DNA of 63,998 nucleotides, filler included, from Thraustochytrium aureum (GCA_012862495.1; 6 parts of 3 records of this genome joined end to end with filler, not necessarily neighbours in it), one strand, 5' to 3'; shown: positions 1 to 12,027, counted from the whole stretch's first letter. Made by a program: numbers and translations. The notes: generated from the letters alone by a model not told the origin.

Positions 1-154
1 CCTCGCGCTGCCAGGCGCCTTCGCGAGGCAGTGACGCGGCGCACAGCGCGACTGCCCGGGCGTTTGCTGCGGCGCTGGCGGCGGCGCTGGCGCTCTGCCG
101 CTGGTGCGTGGAGGCTGGCAAGGACGCGAGCAAGGACGTCGTGGATGGGCGATC

Positions 155-1054
155 ATGCGCCAATTGCCTCGGGCTGCTCTCGCCGCTGCGGTCGGAGAGC
201 TCCAAGGCTGCCTCCGCGTTTGCACTACCCTGCCGCAGCCGCGAGTACCGGTGCTCAACTCCTGGGATGACGTTGCGGAAGCAGTTGGATTCCAGGAGTG
301 GCTTGGGACGAGCGGCGGCCTGAGTGCTCGAGCCGACGACGCTGCGGACGCCGAGGCTAGGGCTCTCGCGGAGATGCGACTGCACCTCGCTTCGAAACTC
401 CTCACGTTCCCGATGACAGTGGCGCGCAACTGCGGCCGGATGGGCATCGACTTTGCCCATGTTGGGAAGGGACCAGAACGCCCGGTCAGGGCCGCGGTCA
501 TTGGAGCTCGGGCGGACTCTAGCCTCCCTCTGAGGTACTGGCAGCAATTGGGGGTCGTGACCGGGATGCACTGGAACCTCACGTTTGTGGGGCCCCAGGC
601 TTCGCTCCCTCCGGGCACAGCAGAAGACCGAAGTGGATCTGTTTGCACGAGCCTCGTGCAGGGGCTTTTCCACGAGCAAGTGGTCAACGTTCAGGATTTG
701 GCGCTCTTTGACATGGTGGTCATGTTCAACAGCGGTGTTGGGCATCCGAGGCAAAAGGAGTACTGGAAGCCATCGATTGAAATGCTGCGCGGAACAAGAT
801 TGCCGGCCCTCTTCACGAGTTATAGCACGGTCGACCAGAGCCGCGACGCGCTCCAGCTCTTCACTTGCGGGGTCGAGATCGCGGATATCGAGCTGGAAAA
901 CCCTCTCCGGTCGCTCGGCATCGAGCCCGGCCTCGAAGGAGAGGAAGACGAGGGCCCGATTCGGATCAACAACAGTGCGATTATCGCGCGATTCGACTCC
1001 CCAGAGGTGGGCCCGCTGCGCGACGCCTCCGGCGACGCGCCGGAGAGGCGCTAG
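155..1054 (+). CDS. MSS51-like C-terminal domain protein (methyltransferase-like fold), possibly mitochondrial
   Basis: First ATG at 155. Motifs VIGARADSSLP, FVGPQ, FNSGVGHP..WKPSI, LFTSYS..D, ENPLRSL match my recollection of the MSS51 C-terminal family. Confidence 0.6.
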   Translation: MRQLPRAALAAAVGELQGCLRVCTTLPQPRVPVLNSWDDVAEAVGFQEWLGTSGGLSARADDAADAEARALAEMRLHLASKLLTFPMTVARNCGRMGIDFAHVGKGPERPVRAAVIGARADSSLPLRYWQQLGVVTGMHWNLTFVGPQASLPPGTAEDRSGSVCTSLVQGLFHEQVVNVQDLALFDMVVMFNSGVGHPRQKEYWKPSIEMLRGTRLPALFTSYSTVDQSRDALQLFTCGVEIADIELENPLRSLGIEPGLEGEEDEGPIRINNSAIIARFDSPEVGPLRDASGDAPERR

Positions 1055-1430
1055 CTGGTGTGGCTGACGACACGCCAGAGAGATTGCCGGTGCGACAACC
1101 CGCGAGGTCCAGGGGCCTGAATTCCGCTAGTTGATCGCGTTCCCCGGTCTCTGCGCCTGCAGCGATCGGGAGCGCTGTCGCTGGCCTGGTGGCCCAAGTA
1201 GGAACAGGGATCGCGGCGTTTGGAGTGAACGCGCGCGCTGCAGGGCAACATCTTATCTCTTCACTTGATTGGCCTATGTACGCAGGAGCTGGCTTGGCTG
1301 GCCGGCAGCTATGGGTCCCGTCTCCGCACGGCTTGTTGCGCGGCGTCAAATGGCGCTGGGACTGGGGCCCGCGCGACGCCTCTCCACGAGTCGACATCGC
1401 AAGAGGCAGGCTTGGCAGCCCGACCTGGAG

Positions 1431-3140
1431 CTAGAGAATCGAACATGCAGAGCTCCCTCCTCTCGACTCGAGGTGCTGCAACTTGCCTTGCTTTTCCAGT
1501 CGCAAAACCTCAACCAAGTCCTCCTCATGGTGTCGCGAGCTGTAGGCTATACCTTGGATGTCGTCCTCCGGCGTGAGCTTGAGCTTCTTGAACTCGTGCT
1601 CCTTGCTACGCTCTTGAAGCTCCTCTTGGCTCGCTGCGTTGATAGTGTCGCCGCTGGGAACCCACGGCACGGACACGGTCCCCGCAGCGAGTTTGCCCCA
1701 GTCGATCGTGCTGAAGAACGCGTGCTTTTTCAGCTCCTCCACGGCCTCTGGCTTGGCCCCGAGCCGCGTCGACCTGTCGCGGTTCAACAAGATATGAATG
1801 AGCGATTTCGCCTCCTCAGGGAAAGGGTCGTTCTCGCCGCTCGTGCTGGGGAACTGCAGCTCCCACGTGAGAGTCGCCTCGTTCCGGTCGCGGCATTTGG
1901 TCAGCGATTCAGAAAAGGCGCAGCTCCCGGTCAAGAACTCAAAGACCATCACGCCATAGCTCCACCAGTCCGCGTCAAAGCCGTATCCTTCCTTCTTGAT
2001 CATTTCAGGCGGCCAGTACCCCGGGGTGCCTGCACGCCCTGTGAGCGTCTTGTTTCCAATCGTGCGCGGCGTGTACCCGGTGAGCACGGCAAGCCCCATG
2101 TCGCTGATTTTTGTGTGCCCAGTATCGTCCAGCAAGACGTTTTCGGGCTTGAGGTCGCGGTAGAGGATCCCGAGGCTGTGGAGGTGCTCGATTGCAAGGA
2201 GGATCTCAGCTGCAAAAAAACGCGCGCGCTCCACGCCATACCCCTTCCGGTTGTACCGCAGATGGAACATGAGGTCGCCGCCAGTGCAGAGCGGAAGCCC
2301 CAGGTAGAGGTCGGTGGCGTCCATGAATGAATAACGGAGGGAGACGCAAAAGGGCGAGGGCTTCTCCCCGAGCGTCTTCAGGACTTCGAACTCGACCTTG
2401 ACCATCTTGAGCACCTTTTTGCCCTTGATCAGCTTTCGATTCATGCCCTTGAGCGCGACCATTTGGCCCGTGCACCGGTGCCGAGCCCCAGACACGACGC
2501 CAAAGGCGCCGCGGCCGAGGTCGCGGAACACCACAAAGTCGTCCATGCTCGGCTCCCGGTCCCGGTACCAAGACACGTCCAAGTAGCGACGCGGGAAGGT
2601 CTCGTGCTTTTTGAACTCCTCGAAAGCGTCCGAAAGCAGCTTGTCTTTGAGCAGATCAAGGATCGGGTCGAAGGCCTTCGCGACTGACCCGCTGCTCTCG
2701 AGGTCGGAAATGTCAACCGCCGCGATTCTGGCCTTGCACACCTCGAGCGCCTCGTCGAACCCCGCAATGATGCCTCCAAGTTTAATCTTGCTCAGCTTCA
2801 CCTCCAGGTACCGCAGGTCAGACATGGTTGGCGCTGCCCCGTCGAGCAGCTCACAGCGCTTGGTGAGCCAGAGCTGCAGCTTCTCGGACTTGCGCTCCTC
2901 AACCGGGCTTCCATCGACCTTGGCGCACTCGAAAAGGAAAATCGTCCCAGCGCCGTCGCCACCATTACGTCAAGGGTGACCGTGGCGAGGAAGTCCTCGA
3001 CGGGCTTGATCTCGGCTTTGGGGGGCGTGGGGATCTTTTCCAGGATGGCCTTCGCGAGGGCGTCTTCAGGGATCCACTACGGTCTTGCGGATGGCCTCAT
3101 TGTACTGGTGGTCTTTGATGCACGCGGCTATGTCGTCCAT
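1431..3140 (-). CDS. GRK: G protein-coupled receptor kinase-like AGC kinase with C-terminal CaaX (GRK paralogue A)
   Basis: Kinase motifs LGRGAFG, ALK, YRDLKPEN, DMGLAV, GRAGTPGYWPPE; ends CSIL*. The true start is likely ATG 3140 (MDDIAACIKDHQYNEAIRK, a GRK alphaN-like helix matching paralogue B). Two compensating homopolymer indels at ~3070 and ~2940 hide it from the ORF track. Confidence 0.85.
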
Positions 3141-5289
3141 GGCGCCAGCGTCTTGCGTGCGGCTGTCGGCCGCTCTGCTCCTCCAAGCCGGCCCGCAGCA
3201 GGTGACTCGCCGCCGCGCGACGCTCTCAGCCCCCGGCGCGAGACCCTGCTCGGCTCACCCAGCCACAGCCACAGAGAGTGATCAAGCTGTGCCTTTCCAC
3301 GCGTCGAAGCGGGCTTCGCGAGCGAGCCCTGTTGCGGTCCTTGGTGCACGGCCACGCACGAGCGCCTGCGGCGCGCACGTGAGCAGAGTGCTTGGCAAAT
3401 GACTGCCGCTCTTCGTCGACTTGCTGCTCGATGCGCGGGGCTCAGTCGAGGCGCTCCCTGCGAGAGGCGTTTGGCAAAGTGAGTTGTGCATCGTGCCGGA
3501 TCTATTCTGCAACTCTGGAGTCCTGAGAGAGCAGCAGCGCGGCGCGAGCTAGAGCTAGAGCGGGAGGAATTTAGCCACGACGCACCTCACCACGGCTTCG
3601 CTGTTCAACGAAACGTCTCCGCCTAGCAGGCAGGCGGCTGCTCTCCCTCAGGCATTGGCACTCGCTCAACCGGGCGGAGCAAGCGCCGAGTCCTAGCCTT
3701 CCTTCCGCATTGGCCATAGCCTTCGCGGATTGGTCTGCGTCAGCGACTCACATCGCATTCTTCCCCACGTCGAGCTGCGTCGAGAAGGAGAGATAAAGAC
3801 CGGTCGAGTCAGCGAGCTTGTCGGTTTGATTTCACGCCAGACCTCTGCAACGCTGGCCGGCTGACGCGGAGTGGGTGGCGTCAAGAGCTGCCAACGCTTT
3901 CGGCTACCGCGGTTGGGCAACAGAATGGGCGTCGCCAAGGCTTTTCGGGATTTATTCAGAGCTCCGTGAAACCTGCGTGGCACTGATAAATACCCGGAGT
4001 AGCTTTCATAGTTCACTGAGCCGGTAAATCCGTTGCGCAGTGACCTCGCCCTGAAGCCAAGGTCCTGCTGCTGCTGCTGCCGAGGGCAGCACGCTCGAGC
4101 GACCCATGCACGCCGCCTGGCAGCCTCGCTCGCTTCTTCATTAACAGGCTTCTTTATTTAGGAAGAAAGGCTTTCCCCTGCATTCCTTTGTTTGCTGCAA
4201 TCACGGACAAGACACGCGCCTCCTACCCACGCCCGCCCAACCGAGCAGCGCGGGTTCTCCCTTCTGAACGCGAAAGAAGAAGAAGGAAAACCAGTGCAAG
4301 ACTTGGTCGAAAGCGAACGACGCTCTGCTGTCGCCCAGGTCACGAACTCGGCGCTGATGCTACTTGAACATGAGCCGCTTGTCCGTTGGCTTGCTGGTGC
4401 GCCGCCATGCCCTGCCAACGCTAGCGTGGAGCTTGCCCCGCCAGGACGCGGGCAAAGACCTGCATGCCGTAGCTGGGTCTTGCAGGCCGCCGGAGCTCAC
4501 ATTGCATCCGAAGAGCGCGCGACGGGCGCCACCGCGTGGGTGCCAGTGTCACCAACAGGGTCGTGGGTACCAATCAGAACGCAGCCGCTGTTGTGCGCAA
4601 AGTCAACCTTCGTCGTTGGGCAGCAGACAGCTGGCCGCCACGGCCCTTGCGCGACGCGGTTGCCAGAATCGCGCAGAGCCGGTGAAGGCTTTTTAAGGTG
4701 GGTCGAAGTGTCCGTTGCACTGTTGAATGCAACCAACATCAACTCTCCACGCGTTGACGCCAGCAGGCACGCAGGACGGCAGGCACGCAGGCAGGCAGGC
4801 GCGCAGGTAGGCAGGCACGCAGGTAGGCAGAAGACGCGCAGGGTCTAGTCCAGGCGCCAAAGGATTTNNNNNNNNNNNNNNNNNNNNNNNNNNNNNNNNN
4901 NNNNNNNNNNNNNNNNNNNNNNNNNNNNNNNNNNNNNNNNNNNNNNNNNNNNNNNNNNNNNNNNNNNNNNNNNNNNNNNNNNNNNNNNNNNNNNNNNNNN
5001 NNNNNNNNNNNNNNNNNNNNNNNNNNNNNNNNNNNNNNNNNNNNNNNNNNNNNNNNNNNNNNNNNNNNNNNNNNNNNNNNNNNNNNNNNNNNNNNNNNNN
5101 CTGCTCGGGCTCTGCGTCGTGACACTTGACCCTGGCCTTCAGTCAGGGACGCCAAGGGCGCAGGCGCGAGTCGGGCAGCGCGTGCTGGTGGGGAGCGGAA
5201 GCCCAGCAAGTTGGGCCAAGGACGGTTGGCGGCGCTTCCTTGGGACGGCCTCGTACGGCGGGACTGGCCAGGGCAACGACGCTGCCAAG

Positions 5290-7131
5290 ATGGACGACAT
5301 CCAGGACTTCATCACGGACCACCACTACAACCAGGCGATTCGGAAGAAGACCGTAGTGAGTCCAGAAGAAGCCATTGCAGAGGCCGTGCTAGACACATGG
5401 CCACCCCTGCCGAAGGACGTTGCGGCGTCCGAGTCGCTCAGCGAGTTTGCGAGCAAAGTCACGTTTGAAACCATGTACCAGACGCCTGTGGGCCGCTACT
5501 TTCTCCTCGAGATCCTCGTCAAGCGGCCAGTTGACCAGGGCGGGTTTCCGGAGGAAAAGCTCAAATCCCTCGGCCGCGTGGTGCGCATGCTCGAAGACTT
5601 TCGCCTGGAGAAGCACCACTCCATGGTCTTGGTGAAGCGGTTTGTCGAGAAGTTTGACAAGGTTTTGTCGGACTTGCCGATGCTCGCCCACATCACCGAC
5701 AAGTTGCACGCCGACCTGGCCGTCCTGCAAAACGAGTACCAAGAAGAACGAGGCTCGCTGCTACGGAGCGACTCCTCAGGCGACCCCACTGAGAGCAACC
5801 AAGATGGGGAGGCGCACCCAGTGCTGAGGAATGAGGAGGAGGAGGAGATCAAGTCACCAGAAGACAGAAACGACTTTGAGGGAGACCAAATAGCGGAAGA
5901 CGAGGCCAAGGACAAGAGTGAGTCAAGCGCGCATGTAAAGGGGATCGATAGCGCAGAGCTCGCGACAGAGAAGAACCGCTCTCCTGGAACAAATTCGCTC
6001 GCGTCCCGTTTGAGCTTGCGTTCGCGAATGGGCACAGCCCGAATGGCCACACTCAGCTCAAGCCAGATGAGCGGCATCGAGCTTACAGACGTTCCAGACG
6101 AGAAGATCCAGGCCATCGTCGCGCTCGAGGACCTCTTCTTCGAGAGGTACTCGAACTTCTTCACTGGACTAGAGAATGCTGTCCAGGGGGTCTACCGCGC
6201 GAGCTATGACGAGTTCAAAGGCGACCTCGAGCGCGTCGAGCGGTATCGCCTGCTTGAATGGTATTCGATCAAGAAGGAGATCCGCATGGGCGACTTTGTC
6301 ATCTTCCGCGACCTTGGGCGCGGCGCTTTCGGGGTCGTTTCTGGGGCGCGGCACCGGATTACGGGCCAGCTCGTGGCTCTGAAGGGCATGAATCGCAAGC
6401 TGGTCAAGGGGAAGAAGGTGCTCAAGTTGGTCAAGCAAGAGTTTCAGATTCTGAAGAAGCTGGGCGAGTTTCCGTCCCCGTTTTGCGTCAGCCTGTCGTA
6501 CGCCTTTATGGAAGAATCCGACATGTACTTTGGGCTGCCTCTGATGACTGGCGGCGACCTGATGTACCATATCTGCCGCGAGCACAAGGGGTATGGCGTG
6601 GAGCGCGCGCGCTTTTTTGCGGCCGAGATCCTGCTCGGCGTGCAACACATGCACAACCTGGGGATCATCTACCGCGACCTAAAGCCTGAGAACGTCTTGC
6701 TGGACGAGGACGGCCACACCAAGATCAGTGACATGGGTCTCGCGGTGCTCGTCAAGTTCACACCTTACACGCGGGGCAACAAGCTCATTCGCGGCCGCGC
6801 CGGGACGCCCGGGTACTGGCCGCCGGAGATGATTAAAGGCGAGGGGTACGCTTTTGACGCGGATTGGTGGAGCTGGGCGGTGATGCTTTATGAATTTATC
6901 GCGGGGATCTGCCCCTTCTCTGAGCACCACACCAAGCTCAAGGACAGGAACGATGCGACCCTCAATTGGGAGATCACCTTTCCAGACTCGGAAGAAGAGC
7001 CATTCCCAGAGGACGCAAAGGACCTGTTGCTCAAAATGCTTGAACGCGATCGCTACAAGCGCCTCGGGACACAGCCAGACACGGCAGAGCAGATCATGGC
7101 GCACCCATTCTTCAAGGACATCGACTGGGCC
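5290..7131 (+). CDS. GRK: G protein-coupled receptor kinase-like AGC kinase (GRK paralogue B), 3' end lost in gap
   Basis: ATG 5290 MDDIQDFITDHHYNQAIRK; RGS-homology-like segment (FETMYQTPVGRYFL) with an acidic insertion; complete kinase domain highly similar to paralogue A; runs into the N gap at 7132. Confidence 0.85.
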
Positions 7132-8191
7132 NNNNNNNNNNNNNNNNNNNNNNNNNNNNNNNNNNNNNNNNNNNNNNNNNNNNNNNNNNNNNNNNNNNNN
7201 NNNNNNNNNNNNNNNNNNNNNNNNNNNNNNNNNNNNNNNNNNNNNNNNNNNNNNNNNNNNNNNNNNNNNNNNNNNNNNNNNNNNNNNNNNNNNNNNNNNN
7301 NNNNNNNNNNNNNNNNNNNNNNNNNNNNNNNNNNNNNNNNNNNNNNNNNNNNNNNNNNNNNNNNNNNNNNNNNNNNNNNNNNNNNNNNNNNNNNNNNNNN
7401 NNNNNNNNNNNNNNNNNNNNNNNNNNNNNNNNNNNNNNNNNNNNNNNNNNNNNNNNNNNNNNNNNNNNNNNNNNNNNNNNNNNNNNNNNNNNNNNNNNNN
7501 NNNNNNNNNNNNNNNNNNNNNNNNNNNNNNNNNNNNNNNNNNNNNNNNNNNNNNNNNNNNNNNNNNNNNNNNNNNNNNNNNNNNNNNNNNNNNNNNNNNN
7601 NNNNNNNNNNNNNNNNNNNNNNNNNNNNNNNNNNNNNNNNNNNNNNNNNNNNNNNNNNNNNNNNNNNNNNNNNNNNNNNNNNNNNNNNNNNNNNNNNNNN
7701 NNNNNNNNNNNNNNNNNNNNNNNNNNNNNNNNNNNNNNNNNNNNNNNNNNNNNNNNNNNNNNNNNNNNNNNNNNNNNNNNNNNNNNNNNNNNNNNNNNNN
7801 NNNNNNNNNNNNNNNNNNNNNNNNNNNNNNNNNNNNNGTGTCGAGTGGTCCAGCAGAGCCGGCCGAAAAGTTTGCACGGCATCAACAATCTCATGATGCT
7901 CCTCTCCGAGTCCGACGAAAAGTCCTCAGGAGTAAAGGCAGGAAGCGCTTGAGGAGGACTATCGCTGCTCGCCGCTCCGCCGGAGTGAAACGCGCCACCG
8001 CAACGGGTCGACGATTTCATCGATCGACGAGCCTCGCGAGGCGCGCCAGCAACAGCATGGTTGCATCTACGTAAGTACTCTCTGAGTCGTCCTCCGCCCT
8101 TGCTACGGACTCTCTCAGCTGGTAGCTACTTCGAGGGAGAGAGAGCGAGTAGCGCCTGCGAGCGAGCCCTTGGAGCCCCAGCTCCTCCAGC

Positions 8192-9937
8192 CTACACAAA
8201 GCCTTCCTCGTCATCCTCCAGGTCAATCAAGTCTGCGTGCTCGGCGATAAGGCGTTGGCCCGCCGCTGCGCGAGCATTGCGCTCGAGGGTTGTGCGCAGG
8301 CTGAGGCGGGCGACGGCCTCGGTCAGACTCTCCATTCCGTCAAATAGCGGTTTGAGCACCGCGCCGTGCTGCACGATCTCATTTTGCGCATTCTGGAGCT
8401 CCACTTGCTCGCTAATGAGCTGGAAGCCGGACACGTCTTCGTTGACGAGGCCCGCCATGAGGTTGGCTGATCCGATGGTGAACACGTCGCGCTCTGGACC
8501 AGCAAACACACTGGGGTCCCAGGCGTGCCCAGGCCGTCGCTTCTTGTCCACCTTGCCGTCGGCAGTGAAAAATGTCACCTGCCACTTTCGGCGCTGCTCG
8601 GCTACGTCGCGGCGCCGCTTTCGCCGTGCCTCCTCCCAGCGTCGCTGGGATTCACGATGGTACAGCTCCTTGACCTCGAGCTGGCGCAAGCGCCGCGCTT
8701 CCTCCGCGCGCCACTCGAGTTGCTCGAGTTGCTCGCCAAGAGCGGCCCTTTTGTCTTCGAGCAGACGCAGGTAAGGTGCGCAAACGAACAAGTACTCGAG
8801 CTTGGCGTTGGTGGTCCAAGCGCGGTGTTCCTTCACAAAGCGATCCAGCTCGCTTACCCAGCCTTGTTCAATGGCCTTGCGATCGACGATTGTCCGTTCA
8901 TGTATCATGGCGAGGAGGTCAAACTCCTTTTCGTTGACCTTGTCCAGGGCTAGCTCGGCCTGCTTGCGCGCTCGCGCAAGCGCTTCATCGATTTGCAGCA
9001 CGTCTGTCATTTGTACGAGGAGCTGCTCGCGCTGTTCGCAGTAGAACTCGTCTTCTGATCGAAGAATATCAATAAACTCTCGGCGGCGCTCCGTTTCGCG
9101 ATGCCAGAGTCGCTCGTTTCTCTCCCAGCGACCGAACATGGCTCGAATGGCGCGCTGCAATACCCCGACCGCGTCAAGAACCTCAGTGGCGCGAGCTGAA
9201 AAAGCGCGCCGGCCGAGGAATCCACGAACGATTTTCTGCATCTTGGCGACTTGCTCGTTGAGCCAGACCCGATCGGCGGCCACGCGGGCAACGCTCCCTC
9301 GCCAGAGCTTTTGGATGCGCGTTGCCGCACGAGCGGATCTCACCGAGTCGCACCTGATACGACTCAGATAACCGCGAACGACCTTTTGCATCCTCTGGGC
9401 TGCAGCTTGGGCGATTGCGGCTAGTTCCCGCGTGCGCTTGCGCGCCTGGTAGCCCCGAATCGCTGCTTGCGAGACGATTACGAGCCATGACCGGCGAAGA
9501 AGCCAGACGCGCACGAGGGTGCGCGCAATCACGCCGCGCACCACTCGCTGGATCTTCTTCACCGCGCAGCTCTTTTTGATGATCAGCCGCCAGTACTGCT
9601 TTGCGCGGTACGTGCGCCAGCACTCTTGAATACGGAGCGCGCTCTGCACGTGCTCGCGTTCTAGCTCGAACAAGTCCTCGATCGCGTGGGAACGCACGAC
9701 GACAGCCGTCGCCCTTGACGGGTCCTTGTCGCGCAAAGCCTTGCGGATCTTGCTGTTCTCGCGTTTGTAAATTGTAAAGGGGAGCGCACGAAGCTTTTTC
9801 CTCGCGCGCTTGACCGCTCGTCGCGTGTGGTCCTGGGGCGAAGGCCCGCCATTCGTTCGCTCCAGCTCCTTCAGGCGAAGGATAGCTTGGTCGGAAAGCC
9901 GCGGCGCCGACTTTGCTTTGGCTAGGCCTCGCTGTCG
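8192..9937 (-). CDS. Multi-IQ-motif calmodulin-binding coiled-coil protein, 5' partial
   Basis: Repeated IQxxxRGxxxR motifs (IQECWRTY, IQRVVRGVIAR, MQKVVRGYLSR, IQKLWRGSVAR, MQKIVRGFLGR) followed by coiled coil; frame open up to the gap at 9938. Confidence 0.75.
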   Translation of the reverse strand, partial: RQRGLAKAKSAPRLSDQAILRLKELERTNGGPSPQDHTRRAVKRARKKLRALPFTIYKRENSKIRKALRDKDPSRATAVVVRSHAIEDLFELEREHVQSALRIQECWRTYRAKQYWRLIIKKSCAVKKIQRVVRGVIARTLVRVWLLRRSWLVIVSQAAIRGYQARKRTRELAAIAQAAAQRMQKVVRGYLSRIRCDSVRSARAATRIQKLWRGSVARVAADRVWLNEQVAKMQKIVRGFLGRRAFSARATEVLDAVGVLQRAIRAMFGRWERNERLWHRETERRREFIDILRSEDEFYCEQREQLLVQMTDVLQIDEALARARKQAELALDKVNEKEFDLLAMIHERTIVDRKAIEQGWVSELDRFVKEHRAWTTNAKLEYLFVCAPYLRLLEDKRAALGEQLEQLEWRAEEARRLRQLEVKELYHRESQRRWEEARRKRRRDVAEQRRKWQVTFFTADGKVDKKRRPGHAWDPSVFAGPERDVFTIGSANLMAGLVNEDVSGFQLISEQVELQNAQNEIVQHGAVLKPLFDGMESLTEAVARLSLRTTLERNARAAAGQRLIAEHADLIDLEDDEEGFV

Positions 9938-10037
9938 NNNNNNNNNNNNNNNNNNNNNNNNNNNNNNNNNNNNNNNNNNNNTTAATTAATTAANNNNNNN
10001 NNNNNNNNNNNNNNNNNNNNNNNNNNNNNNNNNNNNN
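9938..10037. other. Artificial contig linker (N-TTAATTAATTAA-N); also at ~26152, 34436, 48919, 62503
   Basis: Identical six-frame stop 12-mer centred in 100-base N blocks. Confidence 0.95.
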
Positions 10038-10277
10038 AGCTTATAGAGGGTCAGGTTAGGGCCTAGGGCCCTCGCTGCGTGCGCTTGCGTGCGTGCGGCA
10101 GAGCAGGAAGGCAGGCAGCCTCGAGCGCGGCAGGCAGGCAGGCAGGCAGGCAGGGAGCGGGGCGCGCAGGTCTTGGGTCTGCGCTCTGGTGGCTCGTGGC
10201 TCGCGAGGGTCCGTGGGCGGCCGCGTTTGTCCTCTTTTTTTCTTTTTTTTCGCTCGATTTGGACGATGAATGCGAAC

Positions 10278-10709
10278 ATGGCGGCTCGCGCCGCCGCCAG
10301 GGTTGTGGTGGCTAAGCAGCTCGCGCGGCGCGCGACGGTGGCAGGGGCGCGGCAGGCTGGCGTTGTGCGTGGCGGCGGCGGCGGCGGGGCGCCCTTGCCG
10401 CCGATGATGCCCAGGGTGGTGCCCAACGAGCCGCTGCACGAGCAGGCGGACTTGCTTTGGGATGACGGCGTCGCCCCCGAGGTGACGATCGACTTTGATG
10501 CGCCCAACTTCTCGCGCGCGCTCGGTGTTGCCATGTGGTTTGGCGGTCTCTCCTTTTTTGCCGTGATGTACAACTTGATCAAGTTCGGGACCGACCCGCC
10601 CTCCAAGGTCACCTCGGCGCCGCGGGAGTTTGACGCGGAGACCTTGTCGACGGGTATGGGTGGACACTCCTACATGACGCGCCGCGGGATGGTGAGTGGA
10701 AGCGAGTAG
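10278..10709 (+). CDS. NDUFB8: NADH:ubiquinone oxidoreductase subunit B8 (ASHI), plant/algal type
   Basis: Arg/Ala-rich mitochondrial presequence, then VPNEPL..DLLWDDG.APE..ID, a TM segment GGLSFF and PSK...PR. An alternative ATG lies at 10266. Confidence 0.75.
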   Translation: MAARAAARVVVAKQLARRATVAGARQAGVVRGGGGGGAPLPPMMPRVVPNEPLHEQADLLWDDGVAPEVTIDFDAPNFSRALGVAMWFGGLSFFAVMYNLIKFGTDPPSKVTSAPREFDAETLSTGMGGHSYMTRRGMVSGSE

Positions 10710-10960
10710 CGTTGAAAAAAAAAGCGGCGCAGGTCTGGCACTTTGATGACTTGCTTGATTTCTTACCCTCAGACGCACGCGCGCGGCCTGGCGAGACCCG
10801 GCTCTGGGCTGGGCGCGACCGGTGTTTCGGTCGGGCGGGAAGGGCGGGGCTAGACTAGGTTGCGAAAGCGGCCACGTGCCGGGCTGCGATGCGCTCGTGT
10901 CGTTGCGCCAACCGACCCCGGATTGAGTGGCGAAGATGGCTCGGACGCTACTCGTCGCTG

Positions 10961-11651
10961 TTATTCTAAAGGGCTGTAGATGCAGCGAATAAACTCTTCC
11001 TCTCCCGTTCCGGCGCGCTTTTGCGGCGTGACTTGGACAACCATCTTGATCTCTGCAACCTCGTCTGCCCGCCATTTTCCGTCAGTGTGCAGATGAGCAG
11101 GCCAGCGTTGGAGAGGTGGCTTGGTTTGATGTGGCTGACGTCGACGCGGTCCACGGCAAAGCGGAACGAGCTGTCGCCATCATAGTCTTCCTCGGTCGTG
11201 CGGCCGAGCACTGTGGCCGACGACGCAAGCACGGCACGCGTTAGCGCAGTCGCGGCAGTTGGCGCGCGGTGCAGCACAAGCGCGTACTTACCGATGATAT
11301 TGCGCTTGCGCACCGTGTCGACGAGGTACTGCAGAGCGTCACGGGCCGGTCCTCGGTGCATTAGCAACAGCGGTTGTTTCGAACCCGCGCGCCAGGCAGC
11401 AGCCCCCCCCGCCTCCGTTTCGGACCGCCCACCCTGCCACGTACCTTGACCTCCCAAGAGGCACTCCTCAGCCTTCTGAGCGCGCGAAACTTGATGGCGA
11501 ACGCAAGCCTGTCTTCGACGGGGCACAGCGCAGCGTCGCCTTCAAAGGCAACGTCCACGAGCTCGATCACATCCTCGGGCTCTCCGTCCTCCTCGTCGCC
11601 GTTCCGCGCGTCGCCGAGCTTGGATTCCGCCCCAGCTTTGGCCTCCGCCAT
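10961..11651 (-). CDS. Uncharacterised ASF1-fold-like small protein; two introns (11329-11444, 11211-11291) and a frameshift near 11070
   Basis: Spliced product MAEAK...SWEVK/YLVDTVRKRNII/VLGRT...FRFAVDRVDVSHIKPSHLSNAGLL...EIKMVVQV...FIRCIYSPLE*; canonical GTACGT and GTAAGT donors, CAG acceptors, CTAAC branch site. Confidence 0.6.
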
Positions 11652-12027
11652 CTGCCCGATTGCCGATTGCACTGCGAACGGCGAGCGGTGCGAGGTCCGC
11701 GCCTCCCTCGTTGGCGGTCTGCTGCGACTTCGAGAGAGACGTTGCCCAACTCGCACCAAGTGCTCCTTGGAGCTCTGAAAAGGCCGCGATGGACAACTCG
11801 ATGAGGACGACATGTTCGGTTCATGGCCAGCGCGGCTCCAGCCGCCGACAGAGCCACAGGCGGGCAGGCAGGCAGGCAGGCAGGTCGACCGGCGTGCAGA
11901 CAGACTGCAAGGCCTGGCGACCGTGGTGCGAGAAGGAGAAGAAGGAAAAGTGTTGGTATGCGCTCGGCAGTGTTCTGGGCAAACTACGTCGGGTCGGCGC
12001 AGCGATCGGGCTGACTACGACTAGGGT

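Noticed and set aside
4192..4848. ORF between the GRK genes, and the many long antisense ORFs over real genes
   Set aside because: Shadow ORFs expected from high GC and codon bias; several are inflated by N runs or microsatellites.
9982..9993. Recurrent palindrome TTAATTAATTAA
   Set aside because: Always centred in 100-base N blocks: an artificial six-frame stop linker. Adjacency across these joins is uncertain.
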